From positions 16,742,001 through 16,806,000 of the forward strand of contig NC_087245.1 in the NCBI RefSeq assembly GCF_037042905.1: DNA of 64,000 nucleotides, given 5' to 3'. This document shows, in pieces, positions 1-14,500 of this stretch. A model generated the notes under the pieces. It saw only the letters and a program-made list of their open reading frames with translations, ran no database searches and was not told the DNA's origin. Both the position numbers and the translations under genes were made by a program. Position 1 is the first letter of the stretch. Every line of letters starts with the position of its first letter. The DNA is from Lytechinus pictus (Eukaryota).

Positions 1-676
1 TATAATCATGATATATGATAGTGTGTGTGTGTATGGGCGACCTAGCACCAGTTTCATAAAGAACTTATAACTGTTGTTACTGTTGTTGCCATATGGCAAG
101 GTTACCATGCTTGCAACTCTTTATGAATCGGGCCCGTGATCGTACAGTCAAATAAGCTTTGTAAGTATTTGTAACAATGTAGTTAATATGTGTCTGGTAG
201 ATGGTGTCCTGTAAAAGAAGATCGATCTCCTGCATGGCAGTCCCTCAAACTGCATGAGATGGATCTCCAGGCAAGATAGGGATGTTAACCGTGTTCATTG
301 TGGGAGAGGGTCAGTGCTCATCGAAATGTTATAAAGTTTCTATAAATAGATTTGCTTTATTCAACAACAAATTTTCCCTTCATATCATGATGATGGTCGT
401 AGCTGAGTGCTACATAGCAAAATCTGTGGTGCCAAACGGCATGAAGGGAGTTCATCGATGACTGTATCGGTCATTTTACATACATGACATAGGTGTTGAA
501 TTCGTGTTTTAAACACCCATTTGTATTAATAAACCATAGCCATTAATAGAGAAAGTTAGGACAACCAATGGGTTACCAACAATGCGAAATTTCTTTTGAA
601 TTGGGTTTGCCAAACAAATCATCATGCGCCATGGTGGCAACCCCGCATTGAAACCGGGTTTGGGCTCTGAGTAAAA

Positions 677-1193
677 CGGTTACACTTCGTAATTCCGAAG
701 GTTCGTAATTCAGAAACACGTAAATTGCCTATACCTCGATGTTCGTTAATCCGAAAACGTAAAAGGGTTCGTTAATCCGAACATTTGTGGCGTTATTCCG
801 ATGGTTCATTATTCCGAATGTTCAATAATCCGAAAACGAAATAAGGTTCGATGTTCCGAAGGTTCGTTAATCCGTAAACAAAATAAGGTTCGTTGTTCCG
901 AAGGTTCGTTAGTCCGAAAACGAAATAAGGTTAGTTAATCATTTCGTTTTCGGACTAACGAACCTTCGGAATTACGAACCTCATTTCTTTTTCGGATTAA
1001 CGAACCTTCGGAATTACGAACCTCACTTCGTTTTCGGACTAACGAACCTTCGGAATTACGAACCTCATTTCGTTTTCGGACTAACGAACCTTCGGAATTA
1101 CGAACCTTCGGAAATACGAACCTTCGGAATAACGAACCTTCGGAATATCCGAACCTTCGGAATAACGAAGCTTCGGAATTACGAATGTATGCG
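677..1193. mobile_element. Small foldback/MITE-like element built from inverted arrays of a short TTCGTAATTCCGAAGG-type repeat
   Basis: 677-930 carries repeats like ttcgtaattccgaagg and 940-1193 their reverse complements (ccttcggaattacgaa). Flanks gagtaaaa (669-676) and gagtagaa (1194-1201) resemble an 8-bp TSD with one mismatch. Confidence 0.7.
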
Positions 1194-3047
1194 GAGTAGA
1201 ACACATTTCAACACTGATTTTGACACCTTAGAATGTGGTCCTCGAAAGACGCCAAATGGTGACATTAGTAGCGTAAATCCGGTCTGAGTAGTGGGGACAT
1301 GATAGCAGTATATTGAGCTAAAAAATTCACATTTTTATCGGCACCCCCACATCAAGGGTTATGTACCGTATACGGGGGCGCATAGACATGGGCATAGTAT
1401 TCTCCTATATCGTATCTGTTGGTGACAGTGAAGGTCTGTCGGAATTTTTAATGGTTGTTTTAATTGTTTTTATTCAGACACATAAACTGTTGTTGAAAGT
1501 ATGGGCTAAAAATGCATATGTTAACATACCAGCGAGCGAGGCGAGCTAGTAAATTTTCAGAAGTTGGAAGACTAAATTGTGTCCAAACCATGTTTCTTTT
1601 TTTAACCAAAACGAAAATCGAATATCAAACAGTCGAAATGTATCCACTAAAAACTAATTTACCTATTTGTTACAGGTGATATGAGAATAGAAGAAGATGT
1701 TGTCATAATTATCAGGAATAAGGGTGCCTTAAGAAAGGAACGATGTACCATCATAGACAACCAAATAACCTTTCCAAAACGTAGAATATAGCACAGTGAG
1801 TCAGATAAAATGAAAAATATTGCTGAAAAGAATGATTTTGAATAGACATTATAACTATACTCAGAGATGGTGCAACATTAAAGATATTCTAAACAAAAGT
1901 TTAGTCACATTGTAAATACCTATTAGATTGTCTTGCCAATAAATGTTAATTGAAGTATATCATATAAAATTGATAAAATCATAAAGACACAGGAAATATT
2001 CTCGTGTTTCAGTAAAGCCATTGATTTGATCAATGTCGACAGTCAGTGGCATAATTATTCAAGCATTTGGAGGAGACCAGGAAAGCATTTCATGAAAGAC
2101 TTGTCAGACGTTATATCAGACAAGTCCTATTCTATCCGACAGTTACCATAGTAACAGTGCTTCTCATCCAATCAAAATCAAGGAAATATGTCAGATCTGA
2201 CAACTTGTCGGACAAAAATGTTGATGAAACGCTCCCCATATATGGATTTTGACTCTTTTTCTACAAAAATCTAACTAAATGATAGATTTTTGTAAAATAA
2301 GATATATCATATTTCCGCCCCCTCATTTGTACGTGAGAGTCATTTGTAAAAATACCTTTGTATATTTCACTTGAAGCATGGGGAAGGCCGACCCCCCTCT
2401 TCCCTAATAATGGTACCAGGATAGGAGGGATAGGACCCCCCTTCACCCCAGTGTACTTAAAGGGTGATCTGATTGGCTTATGATTAAATTTATACCCACA
2501 ATAAAAGTAATTGCAATCAGTCAATTAATAATAACTCGTTATACAATAATTAACGTGATGCAGTGGATATAACGTTTGTAATAAAGCCAAACACTTTAAT
2601 TTGGCAGGGCAGAGGTACGAGAAAGAATGAGCTCGAGAGTGGAGCGACCGCGCGTGAAAATTCGTGTTTTTAGAATACATAGTTGGGTAAAAATTGCAGA
2701 ACTTTTAAGAACATTTAAAGATGAATCTACGCATTAGCAATAGTATTACCATTACGACGATAAAAGAAAAATTGTTTCTCTCTTAGAGGGGGTGGGTGAT
2801 TATAGAGGTCATTCCCCTCTCCGAAAAGTATGGGATATCTCCCCCATCCCCTAGTCTGCAATTAAACCCTTTGCTCGAGTTAAGGGTCTGAAAGTGCAGC
2901 CTACTCATGCCTTGTGTACTGAAGGCCCAATTGAAACAGCAAGTTTTGTATGTGCTAGTCTTTGTGCGGAGACACACTTGTTGATCAAAGTTTCAATCAG
3001 GGTCTGTGCCATGCAGTCTACCCACCCCCCGGGATTTACGCCAATGA

Positions 3048-3108
3048 TGTGAAAGCAGGTTGTTATGACATTCATCGGCAATGAATGTCATAACAACCTG
3101 CTTTCACA
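3048..3108. repeat. Perfect hairpin, 28-bp arms, 5-nt loop
   Basis: tgtgaaagcaggttgttatgacattcat-cggca-atgaatgtcataacaacctgctttcaca. Confidence 0.9.
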
Positions 3109-3435
3109 GTGAAAGGAGTTTCGCTAACAATATCGGACTGGTCAAGTCCAACCTACCAAAAGTTGATTTTACTGAAAAGAAAACAAAATATGCAAATGAG
3201 GGAATCTTATACATCATCCAGGCAATATTTTCTTTTTTAAATGATTAAATATGGAACATTGCAATATTTTTCCTCACTTTAATGTGAAACAAGGTCTGAT
3301 TCACTAGCGTACCTACGGGGGGGGGCAGAGGGGGCAGACTGCCACCCTGACGAGTCACAACCCATGCAAGGGACATATCCCTGCCCCCCCCCCCCCTGGT
3401 ACGCCACTGGTCTGATTCCTCCCTGAACATGTGTC

Positions 3436-3471
<36 letters not shown>

Positions 3472-3514
3472 AAAGTTATACATGTACAACAGCTTTGGCA
3501 ACTCTTTTATTTAA

Positions 3515-3734
3515 ATATTGTAAAGAAATGGATGAAGAGAACAATGGTAGGCGTAGCTTAAATCAAGGTTCCCCAGAGCTATTTACCCTTTGGAAAAATT
3601 GGTGATGCAGAAAAAATGTCTCTGCCGGGACATTTTTTCGGCATCACCAATTTTTCCAAAGGGTAAATAGCTCTGGGGAACCTTGATTTAAGCTACGCCT
3701 ACCATTGTTCTCTTCATCCATTTCTTTACAATAT
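3515..3734. repeat. Near-perfect palindrome, 106-bp arms, 8-nt loop
   Basis: 3515-3620 is the reverse complement of 3629-3734 with one mismatch seen near the loop. Confidence 0.9.
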
Positions 3735-4320
3735 ATATATACATATTGTTATTTGTAGGCCTAAACGTTGTTTTTAGACATCTTATTTTTCCTTTTTTAT
3801 TATTAATATTGAGGTTTTATATGTCATATCTATGTAAGTTTAATTTCGAAAATAACGATCAAAATTTCGGCAAAAGGGTAATTCCTGTTTATTTACTTTG
3901 TAGAAATAGGTTTGACATAAAATTCTACTTGGAAGCCCACACTCTTCTCATAGTCCTTACCCCTCTCTTTTAATTGCTTTAATTTGCTCTTTATAGTCTT
4001 GAAAATGATAAGGGGGTTCACACTCAACTCCCACTATAGACACTGAAAGGCTAATGTTCATTAAAGCCTATAAAACTCATTTAATGTGCCATGTTATCAA
4101 AACATTTCGTTTAAGCCGCAATTTAACAAGAATTGCTCGATGAGACAGCAAAGTGAGAATGTGGAAGGATGACAATGAATATTAATGTTTAGATTGTCAG
4201 GAGCGTTGCTACAATCGATACTTCCACTCGGAAATAGTGGTTAAAGTATAGTCTGCTACCATAGCAAATGTGAAAAAGGTTTATCCTGTAAGTTTTCACA
4301 CACCCAGATATATACCAATA

Positions 4321-5282
4321 TAAACCCCTCAAAAAAAGTTTGGAAATCTGAGTTTGGCCATTAATTTCTCCCAACTTCCAATTTTACACAATGCATGTTT
4401 GATATCATTCAAAAGATCATTTAATCCTCTTTAAAATGATACCATGCTTGCTATGATCATGCCATCACAAAAAGAGCAGGATTCAAAAGTGTTGGATGAG
4501 TTCTGAATTGAAAAGCTGCAAAACGAGCAGAAATAGTCATGAAGGGTCAATACAGATCATGATTCTTTTGTCTGTGTCAATGGAGATGAAAATCCATTCA
4601 AATCATGTTTTGTTGTGGCTTATGTAGTGATGGTTCTGTGAGATAACATGGTTTGAGTCGTGGTTTGAAATACCCATGCATGTTTTTTTTTGTTTGTTAC
4701 GTGTTTGCTTGTGCAGAGGTGTGTTTGATTCAATAATAATGTTGATGTTGAGGTGTATGAAAACAATTAAAAGAAACCGTTGAGAAACTCACTCATCACC
4801 CCGGAAAAAGAACAGTAACTTTCAATATTGTGTCATTTTGCAACTTTTGAATTTTAACCTTGCCCCACATTTCAAGGCACTGCACCTCCATGTGAACCAT
4901 AATCATATCATCTAGGATATCATTTTGAAGAGAATTAAATGATCTATTCGTTGATATTAATTACACATTGATATTTACTAAAACCAAGGAGGGATTATCG
5001 AGCAAAGTCATAAGAAACCGCTGAGAAACTCACTCATCACCACGGAAAAAAGAACAGTGACTTTCAATATTGTGTCATTTTGCAACTTTTGAATTTTGAC
5101 CTTGCCCCACATTTCAAGCCTGAAGGCACTACACCTCCATGTAAACCATAATCATGTAGGGTATAATTTTAAAGAGAATTAAATGATCTATTCATTGATA
5201 TTAATTACACATTGATATTTACTAAGACCGAGGAGGGATTATCGTTCAAAGTCAGATTTCCAAACTTTTTTTGAGGAGTTTA
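4321..5282. mobile_element. Non-autonomous TIR DNA transposon (Tc1/mariner-like, TA ends) with an internal ~240-bp tandem duplication
   Basis: taaacccctcaaaaaaagtttggaaatctga at 4321 matches the reverse complement of 5252-5282 at 30/31 positions. Internal direct duplication ~4771-5011 / ~5012-5250. Confidence 0.75.
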
Positions 5283-5551
5283 GTTAGAAGTTATAGTTCG
5301 TTAGTGCAGCAACGATAAAACATATGTGTGTCTGCACAGTAGGCTAGACCAGTCATCTATTTTCATCAAGAGTTTCGACAAAACACAACAGCACAAAAGG
5401 AAGTTGGAATCCTGTTCTATCCTTTATCAGTTGTGTTGACTAAAAATGTTTAGCTGTACACGAAATTATCAAACTAAGAGTTGCTATAAAATAAGATAAC
5501 TCTGGAGACTGGATAGTAGAACTACCGACCGAATTTGAACAACGCATAATC

Positions 5552-8500
5552 ATGGAAACTATTGGATACATATTGATTCTCTGGGCCTCAATGCAGATAC
5601 GCTGTGGTAAGTGTGTGTTTTTTTTTAAATCTATTTTATACCTATTGTTCAACGTTACGCGGTCTCGCTTTTTTAATTGCAAAGATTATATTAAAATTTA
5701 GCACCAGGCGACATCTAATATTCTTCATTGATTGAATGAATTATATTTGATTATGTGTGTATCAATTCAGGGTGCGCTCCAGAGGGGGGGGGGGGGCTTA
5801 CCCCCTGCCAAAAAACGGGGGAGAAGGAAAAGGGAGAGGAAAAGAAAAGAAAAGGGGACAGATAAAGAAGAGAGAGGGGAACAAAAGGAAGAGAGAGAGA
5901 GAGAGAAATGTGTGAATTAATTCAAGGCGCAGATCAGTAGGGGCCAAAAGCAATTTGCCCACCCCCCCCCCCTCATTAAAAATGGGGGAGAAGGGAAATA
6001 GAGATGTGAAAGAAAAGGAAGGGGAAAGAGAGAGAGCGAGATAGGGAAGGCGACGGGGGGAGAGGGAGGAAAAAAGGAGGGGGAAGAGGAAAAAAGAGAT
6101 GTCAAAGAAGAAAAAGGGATATGCAGTAGAGGAAAAACGTAAAGGATTAAACTGAGAGAAAAGAAAAATGGGATGGATGTAAGAAAGGAAGTTAAAAGAT
6201 AGATAAACAAGGGGAAATGGAGAGTGCCAAAAGGAAGAGAAAATATGCATGTAGAAAAACGTAACAAAAGAAGGGAGAGAGGAAAATAGAAAAAATAAAA
6301 AGGGGTCAATAAATGAAATACTTTAATCTCGCGCTTCGCATCCGCATAAATTTGATTCACGAGATATATACCATTTCTTTATTATAAAACATGTCTAAAA
6401 TGAACCGTTTTCAGGTTTGAATATCATTTTTTTTCTACCGCTCCGAGTTCACATTATTTTTTGCATCGAAAGACTCAAATGAAAATCAAGTAGTCAAGGA
6501 CCAACAACCTCATGAAAGTCAGGACCCAGTGCAGACTTGTCCCTTGCAGAAACTAATTTACACCAGCTTTACTGAATTTTTCCCCAGTTGGAATCTTTCC
6601 CAACATATTTCTTTTTTTCATTCAGATATCGTTGGCCTTATCCATATTTTTGTTTAAAATATTCATTTTCTCCTTCAGAAAATATAGAAATTATCTGTGA
6701 GCGTCGATCAGGAACAATTGATTGCCGGGAGGGCCGTATCAACATTCACAGCGCTATATACGGGCGAAATGACAGTACAACCTGCCCCCACAAACAGGTC
6801 TCGGACACAACATGTGGAGTAGATGTGGCGGGTGTGATAGATTCATCATGTAACGGCCAACAGCAATGCACATTGCAAGCCCTTAATAACCTAGCTGGAG
6901 ACCCGTGCGTTGGAACCTACAAGTTTTTAAATGTAACCTACACATGTCAAGGTAACTTTACACATTATGGAAGCTTAAGTGCCACCAAGATGTTCAGATA
7001 TTCATCTTGCTATGGATACATCCCTTAGAAAGAAAAAAATGACCAGATGACGAGATCTCGTATCTCGTCATGTCTACATCCTTTTAGAGAGAATTATGAT
7101 CAGATGGCAAGATCTCAGATCTCGTCATGTCTACATCCTGTGGGAGAGATGATCAAATGGCAAGATCTCAGATCTCATGTCTAGATCCTGTGGGAGACAT
7201 GATCAGATGGCAAGATCTCAGATCTCGTCATGTCTACATCCTGTGGGAGACATGATTAGATGGCAAGATCTCAGATCTCGTCATGTCTACATCCTGTGGG
7301 AGACATGATCAGATGGCAAGATCTCAGATCTCGTCATGTCTACATCCTGTGGGAGACATGATCAGATGGCAAGATCTCAGATCTCGTCATGTCTACATCC
7401 TGTGGGAGACATGATCAGATGGCAAGATCTCAGATCTCGTCATGTCTACATCCTGTGGGAGACATGATCAGATGGCAAGATCTCAGATCTCGTCATGTCT
7501 ACATCCTGTGGGAGAGATGATCAGATGGCAAGATCTCAGATCTCGTCATGTCTACATCCTGTGGGAGACATGATCAGATGGCAAGATCTCAAATCTCGTC
7601 ATGTCTACATCCTGTGGGAGACATGATCAGATGGCAAGATTTCAGATCTCGTCATGTCTACATCCTGTGGGAGACATGATCAGATGGCAAGATCTCAGAT
7701 CTCGTCATGTCTACATCCTGTGGGAGACATGATCAGATGGCAAGATCTCAAATCTCGTCATGTCTACATCCTGTGGGAGACATGATCAGATGGCAAGATC
7801 TCAGATCTCGTCATGTCTACATCCTGTGGGAGACATGATCAGATGGCAAGATCTCAGATCTTGTCATGTCTACATCCTGTGGGAGACATGATCAGATGGC
7901 AAGATCTCAGATCTCGTCATGTCTACATCCTGTGGGAGACATGATCAGATGGCAAGATCTCAGATCTCGTCATGTCTACATCCTGTGGGAGACATGATCA
8001 GATGGCAAGATCTCAGATCTCGTCATGTCTACATCCTGTGGGAGACATGATCAGATGGCAAGATCTCAGATCTCGTCATGTCTACATCCTGTGGGAGACA
8101 TGATCAGATGGCAAGATCTCAGATCTCGTCATGTCTACATCCTGTGGGAGACATGATCAGATGGCAAGATCTCAGATCTCGTCATGTCTACATCCTGTGG
8201 GAGAGATGATCAAATGACAAAATCTTGGATCCATGATCATGATCATCTGATCATCTCTTCTACTGACATGACAAGATACGAAATCATGTCAGATCATCTC
8301 TCTCATGGGATATAGACATGACGAGATCCAGGATCTTGTCATCTGATCATCTCTCAAAAAGGATGTAGACATGGCGAGATCCAAGATCATGTAATTTGAA
8401 CATCTCTCCCACAGAATGTAGACATGACGAGATCGAAGATCTTGTTATATGATCATCTCTCCCACAGGATGTAGATATGACGAGATCCAAGATCTTGTCA

Positions 8501-11500
8501 TTTGATCACCTCATTGCAAATCTAGAGCAAAGCAATTACCCAGTCCAGAATATATAAGGATTATCTACTAACACACAAAGAATGATTATGACACAATGAT
8601 GAATATAATCATGATATCGATGTTCGATTTGCAAGCACGTCGGCACAAAATGATAATGAATCCAACACCTTGTTACAATGTTCAACTTTGTTCAACCAAT
8701 ATTGGCGGATACTGATTTGGGCGCGGACCCCCCCCCCCCAAAAAAAAGGGGGGGGGACAAAGAGAGAAGGTAAAGACATGGAAGGAGGTCCGAGGCCAGT
8801 AATCAAGAGATACACAGGGCCTAAAGGAAAATAGAAAAAAATATGAAATTTGAGAAGGAGGAGAAAGATGGAGAGAAAGAAAGAGATAAAATAAGAGAAA
8901 AATAAAAGAAAGAAAGGAAAAAAAGAGGGGAGACACAAATGAAATAATTGACCGAAAGAGCGAGCGTTTAAGGGAAGGATCAATTGTTAATTATTGTCGC
9001 AGAATTGTGATCTGGGAGCATGAGGAATTGAAATGAAAAGATCTAGGCGGATGCATTGGTAAAAATAATTTACATGTAGTTTGCTCCTTGCACTTTCGTA
9101 AGTTTGTTTGTTTTTATCCGCATCCTGTTCATAATGAAAGAAATGCTTAAAGTTTCCCCTTTTCGTGCTTACATCATGGTTTACTTTGACAGGTATCCTG
9201 TTTGTATTTGAAAAAGAAAACACATTAAACTTTCTATTCTTAGGTAGGCCTATTCATTTCGTGACAAACGTATTACAATGACGACTGCATAAAGTTCTTA
9301 AGATGTTTGTTTTCAGGTAAAATCCTGGATCCACCCAATGATTATTGAAAAATACATATTTCTTCAAAGCATTATATTGTTAATCCAAATTCCACACAAG
9401 TGGACTATCATATTTAAGTTTTTGGCTGTCAGTAGGTTTGATATAATTATTTAAAGGACAAGTCCACCCCTACAAAAAAAGTTGCTTTAAATAAAAGAGA
9501 AAAATGCAACAAGCATAACGCTGAAAATTTCATCAAAATCGGATGCAATATAAGAAAGTTATGACATCTAAAAGTTTCACTCAATTTCACAAAACATTTA
9601 TATGCACATCCTGGTCGGTATGCAAAATAATGAGACTGATGTCGTCACCCACCCAAAATTTCTTTTGTATATATAAATTATGAAATATTCTAACTTTCTC
9701 ATTGTCATGTAAAAAAGGACTAATTCCTCCCTAAACAGTGGAATTGCCATTGTTTTGAGAATATATGGTTCTATCAAGTTGGTCCTTATTTTCTAATTTG
9801 TAAAAATTGAAATATTGTATAATTCTAACAATATAAACAAAACAAATAGTGAGTAAGGGACATCATCGACTGTCTCATTTTCATGTCACTGAGTTGTGCA
9901 TATTACTGTTTTGAGAAAAATAAGCGAAACTTTAACATGTCGTAACTTTCTTATTTTACATCTGATTTTGATGAAATTTTCAGCGTTATGCTTGTTTGAT
10001 TTTTTTCTATATTTATTCAAATCAAAATTTTCTTGGGATAGACTTGACCTTTAAGACCTGGTGATTATGCATTTTCACAATTTCGTCTCAAATACGTTTT
10101 CATTTTTCTCATTATTTCATTAATTCACATTATTCGATTATAATATAATTCATACAGACGATGGGCAGGTGACCGATTCTACAGCGGATGTATGCCCGTC
10201 TTTAGGTGAGTCCCGTCTCTTATCTGTTATCTCTTCCGTATTTTGCTGAAATACACATGGTAGAAGCATGCGGGGGCAGTGCCATGTTTCAGTCACAATA
10301 TATATATATATATAATGTGACTGAAAGATGACGTAATTACTATTTCCTCAAGGGTAACATAAAGATACACGATCCAGTCCTTTCTTCTTCATCCCCTTGC
10401 TTCCCCTACCCTTTTCTTCCCCCTTTTCTGCTCTTTTCACCACAATAATTTGAAATATTGTAGGGGGTGACTTTGCCCCCCCCCCCTGTTGAACAAATTA
10501 ATGTTAAGCAAACACGAGGCGATAAAGTTGCTGTTTATGTTGGAATATTACTAATTTCTAAACACTCGCGTATTGGTAGAATGTTAACCCTAAAAGGACT
10601 GGGCTATTTGAAATGTAATTAGAATTAGAACTGGGGGGGGGGGGGAGGGGGCATCATGCCTTGGCCTCTGTTCGCTCTAATTTGGCACACCTTTTTACCA
10701 CATAAACTACAAGCCAGTATAAAAAAAATCTGAAAATAATAATTATTTTTTATTTTTTATGAATAAATTATGCAAACTTATTCGTGAAAAACATTATTTG
10801 CGTAATTAACACCCATTTTCACAGATTTTTTTTTCCAGATGTCATCTTTGTAATCTAATTGAAAGGTTTCCACAAAGAAAAATTGCGAAAGCCAATTTTT
10901 TCCTTATGTATTTCTGTTTTTTCATCTTTTTGTTTTTCATTGTTTTTTTTTCAATGGAAATTGTTACAGACTATTTAACAACTAATTTAAACCCTAAATT
11001 GATCAAGCAGACCAATTAGAACGAAAAATAATCACCCTATTATGAATTTCATCTCCCATAGACCTTGTACACAAAGTATTTTAAAAAAGAGCAATTTTCG
11101 GCATGACATTGTCTCGTAAAAAGTATGTCGCGAATTTAGTCTCAAAAGTTGCGCGAGACTTCGAAGAAAAAAGTCATAAAATTTTGCGGCGCTATCTTTT
11201 TGTGTTTCGGAAATATCGCGCGAAGCGTCGAGGGGGGGGGTATCATGGGCCCCCAGTCCTTTTAATTTAAGGGGCAGTGGAATTAAAATATCGTGTTTTT
11301 GTCAGGTGCAATATGGTACAAACCTAAAATTTGTATCTTATCCATGCCTTTCTTATACGAACAATGTTTTAAAGTATATCCTAAAATTCAAAACCAGTGT
11401 CAAACAACATGAGATCACATTTAGAGGCTATGGAGGATGTTGATCATTGTCATTATGATGCCTGGTTTTTAAACACACAATATTGATGACATTAGTAAAG

Positions 11501-14500
11501 TGGAAGAAGCACCCCAGCAGATAGGTAGCGACTGTCCCCTATGATTTTCCAAGCAGTGAAAGGGGGTGAGGAAATTGAGAGGGAGAAAAGTATAAACAGA
11601 GAACTCTTGGCCGATATGGTACCCCCATCATTCAATTGGGGAAAGAAAATGACGTCACCGTAAGTACGTTTTTTCCCTTGTATCTGAATATCCTGGCGCC
11701 GCCCGCGTTTTTTTTTGGGGGGGACGCCCCCTTAAATAAAATCCCAATGTTCCATTATATCATTTCTAAATGATGGTACATTTTCTTAATCTTGTTTTAT
11801 ATACAGTTATTGTCCTCTAAAGATTTCAGTATTTTATTACAGAATACGTTTTATATGTATTGTTCATGATGTTATACTAGATGTATTTTCATCCATTTTA
11901 CACCTTGAACATACTAGACTCATCGAAGGATAAAAATAATAGAATCAACTTCCCCTACAGGGATCGATATTTTCCCGGTCCACCCACCTAAGAATATGAT
12001 CTGGATATCCGGATCAACAACAAAAAAAGAATCAAGACAAAAAGTATTGACTGCTCCAGATAAATAACTCAATGACGGGCTCAATGAACATTTGATAGCT
12101 AGATTGACCCAATTAAAACGGATGCTTATCAATCAATAGCATTATGATACCAATGAAAACAAATTTGGATTTCGACAAATCATGCTTATTTTTCAGCTCT
12201 AGGGATAGGATGTCAAACGGATGACATTCATGTAGACTTTAACCGTTCCTTGGTTGTGATAGAGGCGGAATGTCCAATTATTCTAACAGGGGGCCGTGCC
12301 AGGGTTCGTTGTGATGGGGTAAGGTACGGCTCAGAGGAAGTTAGGTGCATGGATGGAGGGATCTGGAACCCCATGTCTGTGGTCTGTCTCAGTAAGTTCA
12401 TCTAAAATGACTTGTAGCTATTCTTTTTGTTTTGATGTGAACAGCCAAAGAAAGTTAATCTCATGACAATATTTGTATTTCTTGCAGGATGTTTTCTATT
12501 CAATTGGAATAGACTTAAGTAGATTTAAGTTTTGATATGAAATATCATGTAATTACGTTTTCGTTCATCTGCCTTATTATATTGGACTACAATTTTTTTT
12601 TAAATTAACCCTTTCAGCATGTGCGGCTGGTCAATTTGTATGTGCATTGAATAAATAAATTAAATGAATAGTCAATTTCGGTGCATGGCATTCTCTTGAT
12701 TTTTTCATTTGCTGGAGAGGATGTTCTTCTTCAAATATTTCCACAGCCCACTTTCCATTCATGAGTCATATATTTTTTCTTCTTAATGTTTTCCTTTCTA
12801 TAAATTCACCCCTTCTAAATTGTTATCCAATTGATTGTTGTCAATTTTACAGAATATGAAACTTTATCCTCTTGGCTTTATTACAGTGGTGTATAGATTG
12901 GGGGCTACGGGGTGCTTCCCCCCAAAAAAAATCACGACCAAGAAAAAAACGGGAAAGAGAGAAGGGTGAAATGTGATATCATTTTCTAATTATTATATTA
13001 AAATTTATTACAAAATTTGATTTTTGTAATGAAGATGGATGTCGAAAATTTTACTCGCTCGCTCGCAACTATACGCCATATATCATCCCCTCAAATTCTT
13101 TGGCTCATAACGCCACTGCTTTTTATTATAATTGGAATTAAAACAATGTTAAAATCACTTACAAGCCATATACCCTTAAAAAGATGAATAAACAAATGAA
13201 TTAATTAATAAAAATATATGTAATGGACAAATTGATATATTGAGGAATAGATGAATACATAGTGATTACTGTATTTGTTCGTATTTTTGTTTTCATTTTA
13301 AAAGTTAGTGGGCCCAATGACTGTATGGAATGAGGGGGGGGGGGGGCAGGTACAGTTCCTCCAGAAATTTGACGAATCACACCTTTTGATATCATTAAGG
13401 ATATTTACCCATACCGGATCGTTAAAAATAAAATCTACAGATACCTCTCAAAACACCAACCAAATAATCAAACCAACAAAAGTCTGACGCTTCATTTCCT
13501 CGCTTACAAAAGTTCATGAATATTTCCCACATTCTTACCAGAACTCCTGTATATAAAAACCGGAGTCATGTTAGTTTGCTCATAAAAAACCAAAACAGTT
13601 TTGAATATATATTTCCTTTATCTACCTTTTCCCATCCCTTGTATAGGAGATGTCCAATGCGGACTTCCAGAAGCTCCTCAGAATGGATACATTATTAATC
13701 TAAGATCAGAATATAATCTATTCGATAGCATCGCGATTAGATGTAATGATGGATTTGATCTGATAGGTTCATCATCAGCCTATTGCCGCCATGATGGATA
13801 CTGGAGTCGAAAAATGCTTCAATGCATACGTAAGTGATGCGTCAAGAGGGAGCACCCGGACCCCTGATTTAATTTGGTTTCTTTAGCATTTAAACTTGCA
13901 GAATAAAAACACTAACATTGTTTGTCGATTAAAGACCAATTCAGTTTTAAAAAGCCCAGGCCCCTCATTACTTAACTCTTTTAATTAATTTTGTCATATA
14001 GAAACAACTTGGCGGAAAGTGGACATTTCGAAATGATCATGCTTTTTAAAGGCGTGCATCAATATGCAGCACGACCATTCAGAAGTCATCGCCATTTCAG
14101 AGGATGATACTTGGGGGGGGGGAAGGTTGTTACACCCACAAATGTAATAATCGCCCACAAATGTAATAACGCCCACAAATGTAATAACACTTTACCCACA
14201 AATGTAATAATTTCACCCACAAATGTAATAATGCACTTTACCAACAAATGTGATAATTTTTGATCGCCCACAAATGTAATAATGGCTTTACCCACAAATG
14301 TAATAAATTTGAAGGGATTTTTGGCGAATCCGTTCTAAACTAAAATCCTATAGTAATACGCTCATATAGCACAAAAGTACAAAGTCTTTTTTCCAGACCC
14401 GGTTCTTTCAAAAACTATAATTTAAGTCCAAAGTCTTTTTTCCAGACCCGGTTATTTCAAAAATTATAATATAAGTCCAAACTAAGATACGATAATGATA

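Noticed and set aside
935..1204. 89-aa repetitive ORF
   Set aside because: Translation of tandem repeats, with no splice or domain support.
5732..6360. Long Phe/Ser/Pro- or Lys/Arg/Glu-rich ORFs
   Set aside because: Artefacts of a polypurine/polypyrimidine tract. The same applies to 8609-8983, 15621-15877, 21352-21975 and 30843-31057.
7040..8230. Regular array resembling a CRISPR locus
   Set aside because: Units are contiguous and near-identical with no unique spacers, there are no cas genes, and the context is a eukaryotic intron.
13994..14295. ORFs with IITFVG repeats (mirrored at 18731-18934)
   Set aside because: Translations of the foldback terminal repeat array.
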